From an uncultured Desulfarculaceae bacterium (GTDB taxonomy: Bacteria; Desulfobacterota; Desulfocorpusculales; Desulfocorpusculum): 27,327 nucleotides of DNA. Made by a program: the position numbers and the translations under genes. Shown one piece after another: positions 15,783-23,212 of this stretch. How positions within the stretch are numbered: the first letter of the stretch is position 1; each line of letters opens with the position of its first letter. A model generated the notes under the pieces. It did not search any database. It was not told where the DNA came from and was given only the letters and a program-made list of their open reading frames with translations. The stretch is taken from NCBI GenBank assembly GCA_964583655.1, contig CAZOXN010000001.1:1-27327 (forward strand). The letters are read 5' to 3'.

Positions 15783-18374
15783 ATGGACTTCATGCAGGAA
15801 ATAAAGGAGATAGTTGGGGAATCCAACTGCCGCCAGGAGCTCGTGGAGAGGCTTTGTTACTCCCGCGACATGTCGGTCCACGAGGGGATCCCGGAGGCAG
15901 TCGTCTTCGCCACCACGACCGAGCAGGTCTCGCGGATCCTCATGCTGGCCGATCAGGAGCGGGTCCCGGTCACCACGAGGGGCTCCGGGACCTCGGTCAC
16001 AGGTGCCGTGCTCCCTTGCCGCAACAGGGGGATCGTCTTGGACCTGAGCAGGATGAACGCCATACTGGAGATCAACAGGAAGGACGGGTACGCCCGGGTG
16101 GAGCCGGGGGTCATATGCAATTCCCTGAACCAGGCCTTGGCCCCCACCCACTTCTTCCCCCCCGACCCTGCCAGCGCCCCCCTTGCCTCCATAGGGGGGA
16201 TGGTATCCACCAACGCCAGCGGCAACCGCGCTTTGAAGTACGGCACTACCAAGGACTACATCATGGGCCTGGAGGTGGTCCTGGCGGACGGCCGAGTGCT
16301 CCGCACCGGATCCAAGGCCAGGAAGACATCGGCTGGCTATGACCTGGTCCACCTGTTCGCCCAAGCCGAGGGGACACTGGGGGTGATCACCGAGGTGACG
16401 GTGAAGATACTCCCCATCCCCCCCTATATCGCCTTCGCCCAGGCCTCATTTCCCGATGTGGAGTCCGCGGGAAAGGGGGCGGAGGCGGTCCTCTCATCCG
16501 GGATCCCGCTCTCCTCTCTGGAGATCCTGGACAGGACCTCCATAGACGTGGTGAGAAAGACCATGGGCCTGGAGATACCAGGGGAGGTGGGGTGTATCCT
16601 CTTTCTGGAGATCGATGGGCACAGGGAAGCGGTGGAGAAACAGATCCAACAGATCGACGAGATGTTCCTGGCCCATGGGTGTATCGACACCCTCTGGTCA
16701 GACGATCCCAACAAGCGCATGGCCATGTGGCAGGCCAGGCAAGGCTTGGTCTCCGCCCTCTCCAAGGTCAAGCGCGGCTCTAGGCTCATCCCGCTAGTGG
16801 AGGACTTCGGTGTCCCCATAACCCAGATCCCGGCCACCATCAAGGCGATCCAGGCCGTCGGCGCCAAGCACGACTTCCCCATGTGCATCTTCGGTCATGT
16901 GGGGGACGGCAACCTCCACGCCGTGATCATAATGGACCCGAGGGACAGTGGCGAGTGGGAGAAGGTCAAGCTCATCGCCCAGGATTTCATCGCCTTGACC
17001 AGGGAGTTCCAGGGGACGTTCACCGCGGAACACGGGGTCGGTATGGCCAAGTCCCCATACATCGCGCAGGAGCTGGGGGTCGGCAAGGAGGTGATGGAGG
17101 CGATCAAGCACAGCTTGGACCCCAACAACATACTGAACCCTGGGAAGATGGGCTTCTCCGACTCCATAGCCGACATGCTGGAGGAGTTCGCCTTCGAGCC
17201 GCTCGTCCAGCACCCTGAGCGAGTGCGAGGGTACGGGGAAAAGGTGGACAATGAGATAATGGCCTGCATCATGTGCGGGTTCTGCCGTAACGGCTGTCCC
17301 ACGTACGCCGAGCGGCTCCTGGAGTCCGTCAACGCCAGGGGGAGGGTCCTCCTGGCCTACAACATGATGACCGGAAGGCTCGCCCCCTCTGATGAGGTGG
17401 CAGAGCGATTCTACGCCTGCACCACTTGCCAGAACTGTCGTCTTGTCTGTCCCGCGGCCATAGAGGTGGGGGAGGTCGTAGAGGCCGCCCGCAGGCGCTT
17501 GGTGGAGGCAGGTTACCTTCCGCAGGTGTTCAAGCCGTTGCTGGACAGCATGAGGCAACGGGGCAACCCCTTCGGAGAGGAGGAGGCGAAGCGCACGGAG
17601 GTCTACCCGTCTTCGTACAAGGAGCCAGAGGGGGCCCTGGATGTCCTGCTCTATCTGGGATGCGTACCCTCTTACCAGGACGTCAGGATCGTCCCATCGG
17701 TCATGAAGCTCATGGACCGGGTGGGGGTGCGCTACGGGAGCCTCGGGGTGAAAGAGCACTGCTGCGGTTACCTCGCCTACCTGGTGGGTAGCATGGACGA
17801 GTTCTGCAAATCTATGGAGGCGAACCTCTCCTCTTTTTCGAGGGTCAGCCCTCGAATACTGGTCACCACCTGCGCTGGGTGCTACAAGACCTTCAAGGAG
17901 CTGTACCCGCGGTACATGGAAAAAGCCGGACCTCCCATGCCAGAGGTCCTCCATCTGGTGGAATATGTGGAGAGGATGCTGGCCGAGGACAAACTGGATT
18001 TCCGCGGGACCTTCCCGGCCAAGGTGGTCTACCATGACCCTTGCGACTTGGGCAGACACATGGGCGTGTACGAACCGCCGCGCAGGGTCCTGCGGGCAGT
18101 GCCGGGGGTGGAACTGCTGGAGTTCCCCCTCAACAGGCAACTGGCCAAGTGCTGCGGTGGAGGTGGCGGGCTCAAGGCCTTCGACAACTCCATGAGCGAT
18201 GAGATGGCTTACAAGAGGGTTCGTCAGGCTGCGGGGATCGGTGCGGAGGTGATCGTCTCGGCGTGTCCATCCTGCAAGAGGTCGCTGCAGGCCGCAGCAG
18301 CTCGACTGAAGCGCGAGGACAAGGTCAAGATCCAGGTGATGGACATCACCGAGGTCTTGGCAAAGGCCTTGTGA
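15783..18374 (+). CDS. Fused FAD-linked 2-hydroxyacid dehydrogenase (GlcD/D-LDH family) and Fe-S/CCG-domain protein (GlcF/GlpC family)
   Basis: 863 aa. N-half: RGSGTSVTG, PPDPAS, FGHVGDGNLH, AEHGVG. C-half: two CxxCxxCxxxCP motifs and two CCG motifs (HCCG, KCCGGGGG). Confidence 0.9.
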   Translation: MDFMQEIKEIVGESNCRQELVERLCYSRDMSVHEGIPEAVVFATTTEQVSRILMLADQERVPVTTRGSGTSVTGAVLPCRNRGIVLDLSRMNAILEINRKDGYARVEPGVICNSLNQALAPTHFFPPDPASAPLASIGGMVSTNASGNRALKYGTTKDYIMGLEVVLADGRVLRTGSKARKTSAGYDLVHLFAQAEGTLGVITEVTVKILPIPPYIAFAQASFPDVESAGKGAEAVLSSGIPLSSLEILDRTSIDVVRKTMGLEIPGEVGCILFLEIDGHREAVEKQIQQIDEMFLAHGCIDTLWSDDPNKRMAMWQARQGLVSALSKVKRGSRLIPLVEDFGVPITQIPATIKAIQAVGAKHDFPMCIFGHVGDGNLHAVIIMDPRDSGEWEKVKLIAQDFIALTREFQGTFTAEHGVGMAKSPYIAQELGVGKEVMEAIKHSLDPNNILNPGKMGFSDSIADMLEEFAFEPLVQHPERVRGYGEKVDNEIMACIMCGFCRNGCPTYAERLLESVNARGRVLLAYNMMTGRLAPSDEVAERFYACTTCQNCRLVCPAAIEVGEVVEAARRRLVEAGYLPQVFKPLLDSMRQRGNPFGEEEAKRTEVYPSSYKEPEGALDVLLYLGCVPSYQDVRIVPSVMKLMDRVGVRYGSLGVKEHCCGYLAYLVGSMDEFCKSMEANLSSFSRVSPRILVTTCAGCYKTFKELYPRYMEKAGPPMPEVLHLVEYVERMLAEDKLDFRGTFPAKVVYHDPCDLGRHMGVYEPPRRVLRAVPGVELLEFPLNRQLAKCCGGGGGLKAFDNSMSDEMAYKRVRQAAGIGAEVIVSACPSCKRSLQAAAARLKREDKVKIQVMDITEVLAKAL

Positions 18375-18398
18375 AATAAAGGGGGTTCCGGGGTGAAG

Positions 18399-18466
18399 GA
18401 TGCAGGGATGGAGATCCGGGCCCTGGGTTGTCTCACCCTGCATCATGGATCGTGCATCGTGGGTCA
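18399..18466. repeat. Inverted repeat plus four degenerate tandem heptamers (TGCATC-type)
   Basis: GATGCAGGG (18399-18407) pairs with CCCTGCATC (18436-18444). Heptamers TGCATCA TGGATCG TGCATCG TGGGTCA at 18439-18466. Confidence 0.6.
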
Positions 18467-18491
18467 TCCCTTTTCTTGAGGGAGGTTGCAC

Positions 18492-20045
18492 ATGAGTCGA
18501 TTGTTGAACGTAGGCGAGGCCCTGAGCATGAACGCTTATCTCTTTCCCGACAAGGTCGGTGCTCGGGACCTGGAGAGATCCATGACCTTCCGCCAGTGGA
18601 ACGAGAGGGCCTGCCGGCTGGCCAACGGGCTCATGGGACTGGGGCTCCGCAAAGGCGACCGGCTGGGCGTCCTGGCCTACAACTGCGTGGAGTGGATGGA
18701 GATCTACGCTGCCGTGGCCAAGGCAGGGATAGTCGCGGTGCCCATCAATTTCAGGCTCCTGGGCCCGGAGGTCTCCTACATAATGGAGAACTCCGAGGCC
18801 AAGGCCCTCATCGTCCAGGACGAACTCTTGGACAGGGTCGAGGGCATTCGTCGTGACTTGGGGCTGCCGGACTCCATGTACATCCAGTTCGGGAAGGAAA
18901 GGACCATGGCCGGACTGACCGGTTATGAGGAACTCATCGGTCGGGCCTCGGCCGATGAGCCGCAGGTGGACGTGGCCCCTGAGGATACCTGGACCTTCAT
19001 GTACACCTCAGGGACCACGGGGAAGCCCAAGGGTGCCATACGCTCTCACGAGAGCTACGTCCTCTTCTACCTCATAAACGAGGTGGAGACCGGCTTCACC
19101 CGCAACGACACAGGGCTCCTCGTCATGCCCATGTGCCACGTCAACTCGATCTTTTATTCCTTTGTCTTCACCTATTGCGGCGGTGCGGTCTGCGTCTACA
19201 ACATGAAGAGCTTCGATCCAGAACACCTCCTCGAGACCCTTTCCAAGGAGAGGATAACCTTCACCTCCCTGGTCCCGACACATTACATCATGATGCTCGC
19301 CTTGCCGGACTCTGTCAAAGGCAGGCTCAACGTGGATAGCGTCACCAGGCTTCTGATCTCATCCGCCCCTGCCCGCAAGGACACCAAGCTCGCCATCATG
19401 GATTACTTCAAGAAATCCCAGTTGTTCGAGGCCTACGGATCCACTGAGGCAGGCCTGGTCACGCTCCTCAGACCCGAAGAGCAGTTCACCAAGCTGGGCT
19501 CCATCGGCAGGGAGGTCACGGGCTCCGGAAAGATCAGGCTCCTGGACGAGAAGGCAAACGAGGTCCCCCAGGGGGAGGTGGGAGAGCTCTTCTCGCGCAC
19601 CCCTTATGCCTTCTCCGGGTACTGGAAGATGCCCGAGAAGACGGCAGAGGCCCTCCGCGGGCCGTACTGCTCCGCGGGCGACATGGCACGAAGAGACGAG
19701 GAAGGCTACTACTACCTGGTGGACCGCAAGAGCAACATGATCATCACGGGGGGAGAGAATGTCTACCCGTCGGAGGTGGAGAACCTCCTGGGTGAGCATC
19801 CCAAGGTGAAGGACGTGGCCGTCATCGGCGTGCCGCATGACAAGTGGGGGGAGGCTGTCCATGCGGTGGTGATCCTTCATGAGGGCCAGGAGGCCACGGA
19901 GAAGGAGATCATGGACTGGTGCAAGGACAAGATAGCTGGATACAAGCGACCCAAGAGCGTATCCTTCATAAGGGAGGAGGAGATGCCGAGGACCGCCACG
20001 GGGAAGATCCTCCACCGGGTCCTGAGGGAGAGGTATGCGAAATGA
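18492..20045 (+). CDS. Acyl-CoA synthetase / AMP-binding CoA ligase, substrate unknown
   Basis: 517 aa from ATG 18492 (SD GGAGG). YTSGTTGKPKG, YGSTEAG, GGENVYP.EVE and PRTATGKI. Confidence 0.93.
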   Translation: MSRLLNVGEALSMNAYLFPDKVGARDLERSMTFRQWNERACRLANGLMGLGLRKGDRLGVLAYNCVEWMEIYAAVAKAGIVAVPINFRLLGPEVSYIMENSEAKALIVQDELLDRVEGIRRDLGLPDSMYIQFGKERTMAGLTGYEELIGRASADEPQVDVAPEDTWTFMYTSGTTGKPKGAIRSHESYVLFYLINEVETGFTRNDTGLLVMPMCHVNSIFYSFVFTYCGGAVCVYNMKSFDPEHLLETLSKERITFTSLVPTHYIMMLALPDSVKGRLNVDSVTRLLISSAPARKDTKLAIMDYFKKSQLFEAYGSTEAGLVTLLRPEEQFTKLGSIGREVTGSGKIRLLDEKANEVPQGEVGELFSRTPYAFSGYWKMPEKTAEALRGPYCSAGDMARRDEEGYYYLVDRKSNMIITGGENVYPSEVENLLGEHPKVKDVAVIGVPHDKWGEAVHAVVILHEGQEATEKEIMDWCKDKIAGYKRPKSVSFIREEEMPRTATGKILHRVLRERYAK

Positions 20046-20070
20046 TGCATGATGCAGGATTCAGGATGCA
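20043..20070. repeat. Four tandem heptamers (GATGCA-type), opposite orientation to those at 18439
   Basis: TGATGCA TGATGCA GGATTCA GGATGCA, starting at the stop codon. The complementary-type pair TGGATCG TGCGTCC lies at 20147-20160. Confidence 0.6.
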
Positions 20071-20208
20071 GGACAAGGAAGACGGAACTCGCAGGACAGG
20101 AGTCAGGGTCCGGGATTGGGAGGGGCTGGTCTTCCCTGGTCCGCGCTGGATCGTGCGTCCTCTACCGGGGACAGCGGCAATGGCTCCAGGGGGCGAGATC
20201 CTGGCACC

Positions 20209-21036
20209 ATGACAGGCGGTGAACAGAGCGGGTTCTGGGCTGGGGTGGATGTGGGGGCGGCCACGACCAAGGCGGTGGTGATCGACGGAGCCAGAGCCAT
20301 TCGCGGGCGTCACGTCCAACGCTCCGGAGTGGACTACACGGCCGGAGCCAGGGAGTCGTTCATGGAGGCCCTTCGCAGCGCAGCGGTCCAGGAGGGACAG
20401 GTGGCCGGGGTCGTCTCCACCGGGTATGGGAGACGAAATGTCCCCTTTGCTGAGCATTCCAGGACAGAGATCGGCTGCCACATGAAGGGTTGTCATCACC
20501 ACTACCCGCACGCGGCCACCATCGTCGACATAGGCGGACAGGACTGCAAGGTCATCCACATGGATGGACTCGGGAGGCGCACCGGCTTCAAGATGAATCG
20601 CAAGTGCGCAGCCGGCACAGGCGCCTTCCTGGAGGAGATCGCCCTCAGGCTCGGCCTGGAAGTCTCGGCCCTGGATCCGCTGGCGAGGCGCTCCACCAAG
20701 GAGATAAGGATCGGGGCCTATTGCACGGTGTTCACATCCACGGAGATCCTAACCTTGATCCGCAAGGGAGAAAAGGTAGAGGACATAGTTCGCGGAGTCT
20801 TCGACTCGGTGGTCCAGCGGATCATGGAGATGGACACCCTCGTCGGGACTGTGCTGCTCACGGGCGGGGTGGTGCAGCACAACCCCATCCTCTCGGAGAT
20901 CTTGGGCCAGCGGCTGGGAAATAGGGTCATGGTCCCGCCCGAGCCTCAGCTCATGGGGGCGTTCGGGGCTGCCCTCTATGCCATGGAGCTGAGCCAACCA
21001 GGGCCCTCACAAGGGCACAACGGGGAAAAGGGATGA
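20209..21036 (+). CDS. ATP-dependent electron-transfer activator (HgdC/BadF/BadG/BcrA/BcrD ASKHA family)
   Basis: 275 aa. GVDVGAATTK, TGYGR, DIGGQD, MNRKCAAGTG and CTVF (both [4Fe-4S] Cys positions present), LTGG and GAFGAA. Confidence 0.9.
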   Translation: MTGGEQSGFWAGVDVGAATTKAVVIDGARAIRGRHVQRSGVDYTAGARESFMEALRSAAVQEGQVAGVVSTGYGRRNVPFAEHSRTEIGCHMKGCHHHYPHAATIVDIGGQDCKVIHMDGLGRRTGFKMNRKCAAGTGAFLEEIALRLGLEVSALDPLARRSTKEIRIGAYCTVFTSTEILTLIRKGEKVEDIVRGVFDSVVQRIMEMDTLVGTVLLTGGVVQHNPILSEILGQRLGNRVMVPPEPQLMGAFGAALYAMELSQPGPSQGHNGEKG

Positions 21037-22274
21037 ATGTAGAGGAGAGGAAACAGGGCCGGGAGATCCGCTCCACCGCCGAGCTGAGGCGCGTCATGGC
21101 CGAGCACTTCCTGGCGCTGGACCAGGCCTCCAAGAAAGGGGAGCCAAAGATCGCCTGGTGCACCAGCGTGGGGCCAGCCGAGCTCCTGAGGGCCATGGGT
21201 TTCCTGGTCTACTTCCCTGAGAACCACGGGGCGGTCTTGGGTGCGAGCCGAAAGGCCATGGACTACATCCCAGTGGCCAATGCCGCTGGTTACTCGCCGG
21301 ACATCTGCTCCTATCTCACCAGCGACGTGGGGGCCTACCTCCAAGGGGAGACCCCGCTTTCCCGAAGCTACGGGATATCCGCGGTGCCTAGACCCGACGT
21401 ATTGGTCTACAACACCAACCAGTGCAGGGACGTGCAGGACTGGTTTCACTTCTATGGGAGGGAATTCGGGGTACCTGTGGTGGGGATCACCTCCCCTAGG
21501 GCGGTGGAGGAGCTCTCCGAGGCCCACGTGGAGGATGTGTCACTTCAGATGCAGGGCCTGGTACCGGTCCTGGAGGGGGTCTCCGGCCGACCCTTCTCAA
21601 TGGACGAACTGAGGCGTGTGGTGGGCCTCTCCAGGCGCTGTTCAGACCTCTGGGGAGAGGTCCTGGATACGGCCAGGGCCGTCCCATCCCCATGGACCTT
21701 CTTCGACCATACGATCCACATGGGGCCAGCCGTGGTGGCCAGGGGGACACAGGAGGCCGTGGATTATTACGAGCTGCTGCTGGGGGAGCTGAGGGAGCGC
21801 CTCGAGCAAGGCTCCGCAGCGGTGCAGGGGGAGCGACACAGGCTCTACTGGGAGGGAATGCCCATATGGGGGAAGCTCAGGGAGCTCTCCAACCTGTTCA
21901 TAGGTCTTCGTTCCTCCGTCGTGGCCTCCACGTATTGCAACTCCTGGATCTTCAAGGCCTTCGATCCCGACGATCCCTTCCGGAGCATGGCCAGGGCCTA
22001 CACAGATATCTTCATCTGTCACTCAGAGGCCTGGAAGGAGCGGTACATCGAGGGGATGGTGGAGGCCTTCGAGGTGGACGGGATAGTATTCCATGACGCC
22101 AAGACGTGCCCCAACAACTCCAACAGCCGCTATGGGATGCCCCAAAGGCTCCAGAGCCGAATGAACATCCCTTGCCTGGTCATCCAGGGAGACCTAAACG
22201 ACCTGCGCTGCTACTCCGAAGAACAGGCCCGGACCAACATCGAGGCATTCGTGGAGCAGTTGGAGGAGGCCTGA
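21033..22274 (+). CDS. 2-hydroxyacyl-CoA dehydratase alpha / benzoyl-CoA reductase BcrB family subunit
   Basis: 413 aa. FPENHG (the Glu matches the PEN of HadB-type alpha subunits), three spaced Cys (DICSY, NQCRD, KTCP) and C-terminal IQGDLND. ATGA overlap with the activator gene. Confidence 0.85.
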   Translation: MNVEERKQGREIRSTAELRRVMAEHFLALDQASKKGEPKIAWCTSVGPAELLRAMGFLVYFPENHGAVLGASRKAMDYIPVANAAGYSPDICSYLTSDVGAYLQGETPLSRSYGISAVPRPDVLVYNTNQCRDVQDWFHFYGREFGVPVVGITSPRAVEELSEAHVEDVSLQMQGLVPVLEGVSGRPFSMDELRRVVGLSRRCSDLWGEVLDTARAVPSPWTFFDHTIHMGPAVVARGTQEAVDYYELLLGELRERLEQGSAAVQGERHRLYWEGMPIWGKLRELSNLFIGLRSSVVASTYCNSWIFKAFDPDDPFRSMARAYTDIFICHSEAWKERYIEGMVEAFEVDGIVFHDAKTCPNNSNSRYGMPQRLQSRMNIPCLVIQGDLNDLRCYSEEQARTNIEAFVEQLEEA

Positions 22275-22906
22275 AACAGGGCTCGGTGGGCGAGTGCCGG
22301 CAGGATCTGGAGTCATTTGGGCTGTGGAGGTCTTGGGACACCTCGTGGATGGACTAAGGGGCCAGGCAACAGGTCGCGGCCAGGGAAGGGCACCCCTAGG
22401 GAGTGCGAGGTCCGAGAGGCAGATCGTCCTTGGCCTTCCGGGGCCTCGATCCCCCGACGATCACAAGGCTCCCGGTCGTTTCGCCCAGAGTCATGACCCT
22501 ATCTGCACTCAGGTCCTTCGCCGGAGACAGATCCTCCGTGAGGCGCCAAGATCCCCCTTGGGGTGAATGTCCCCCAAACCCGACCCCCAATAGACCATAG
22601 ACACCACTCCCCCTGGGTTGGGACAACTCCCCTCACACGAACACGCACCAGCCCTTGGGCCGTCGACAGCGCGAATGGCTCGGCTGCCAGGGATTTCCAT
22701 CACTGAGGTTCGAGGTATGGGGACGTTCGGGGATCGTCTTGGTGAGGGGCCCAGGCAATACTGTGCCCTTGTGATGGCAGGGGCGGCCCAAGGCCCGATT
22801 TGATGGATAATGGGTTGGGGTGTCGGCACTGGGTCGAGATCGAGAGGCGTATCGATCTTGCTGGAGGACCTTGGGATCGTCCGCTCTTGAAGAGGTTTTT
22901 TTGGGG

Positions 22907-22935
22907 TTGACAAGGGAGGGCGTTTTTGATACAAG
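22907..22935 (+). promoter_or_regulatory. Putative sigma70-type promoter of the second ACSL/ABC cassette
   Basis: TTGACA (22907-22912), 17-nt spacer, extended -10 TG-a-TACAAG (22927-22935), and a T7 tract upstream. Confidence 0.6.
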
Positions 22936-22993
22936 CTGAACCCGATTCATTCCCGTTGCCGTTGTAGCTGTCGACTCTCTCGCTGCGTTGCGG

Positions 22994-23174
22994 AGCTCCT
23001 GTCCACCTTCAAGCGGAGTGACAGAGGCCTCAGAGGCCTCGCGGTGGATCTTGCCTTGCACCTCTGTTCCTCCAGAGGGCTTGACTCCGAAGAAGGGCCT
23101 TGGGCCTGATCTGGCCGTGAAGTTGGTTGCCCTGATCGGGACCGTGGCCCTGGCAGGAACAGTGGACAGGAGTT
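22994..23174 (+). ncRNA. Candidate structured 5'-leader RNA (multi-stem), family not recognised
   Basis: An 11-bp perfect closing helix, CTCCTGTCCAC (22996-23006) with GTGGACAGGAG (23162-23172), encloses a long arm (23009-23084) and a branched arm (23094-23151). Paired by eye only. Confidence 0.5.
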
Positions 23175-23212
23175 GTGAGGCCGTCTGTCTCACATGCCCA
23201 AAAAGGGAGGGG

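Noticed and set aside
16794-18491. Long antisense ORFs (565 aa here; also 25111-26688, 12257-13609, 23891-25144, 3125-4270 and others)
   Set aside because: They lie opposite well-supported genes, and the one checked (16794-18491) is codon-in-register with the sense gene. In GC3-rich genes TTA/CTA/TCA are rare, so antisense frames stay open. The translations show no recognisable motifs.
18439-20070. CRISPR array or VNTR
   Set aside because: Units are 7 bp, degenerate and at most four in tandem, with no unique spacers and no cas genes.
15783-22274. Selenocysteine (in-frame TGA) in the Fe-S enzymes
   Set aside because: All Cys motifs are encoded by ordinary Cys codons in uninterrupted frames, and the TGA codons occur only at the expected C-termini.
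20209-22274. Calling the pair a benzoyl-CoA reductase (bcr/bad/bzd)
   Set aside because: Only two of four subunit types are present and no ring-cleavage genes (dch/had/oah) are in the window. Family membership alone does not separate reductase from dehydratase.
22884-22902. Intrinsic terminator CTCTTGAAGAG + T7
   Set aside because: The stem is only 4-5 bp with a 1-3 nt loop, too weak to call. It is equally explained as an operator or UP-like tract of the adjacent promoter.
22994-23174. 6S RNA (similar length, paired ends)
   Set aside because: The pairing found is branched rather than a rod with a central bubble. Not called, but left for an Rfam test.
22988-23212. 75-codon N-terminal extension of ACSL2 from TTG 22988; likewise the extensions at 24733, 13546, 10789, 20116 and 2801
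   Set aside because: Family homology begins at downstream starts, most with a clear SD. The extensions overlap other genes or structured spacers.
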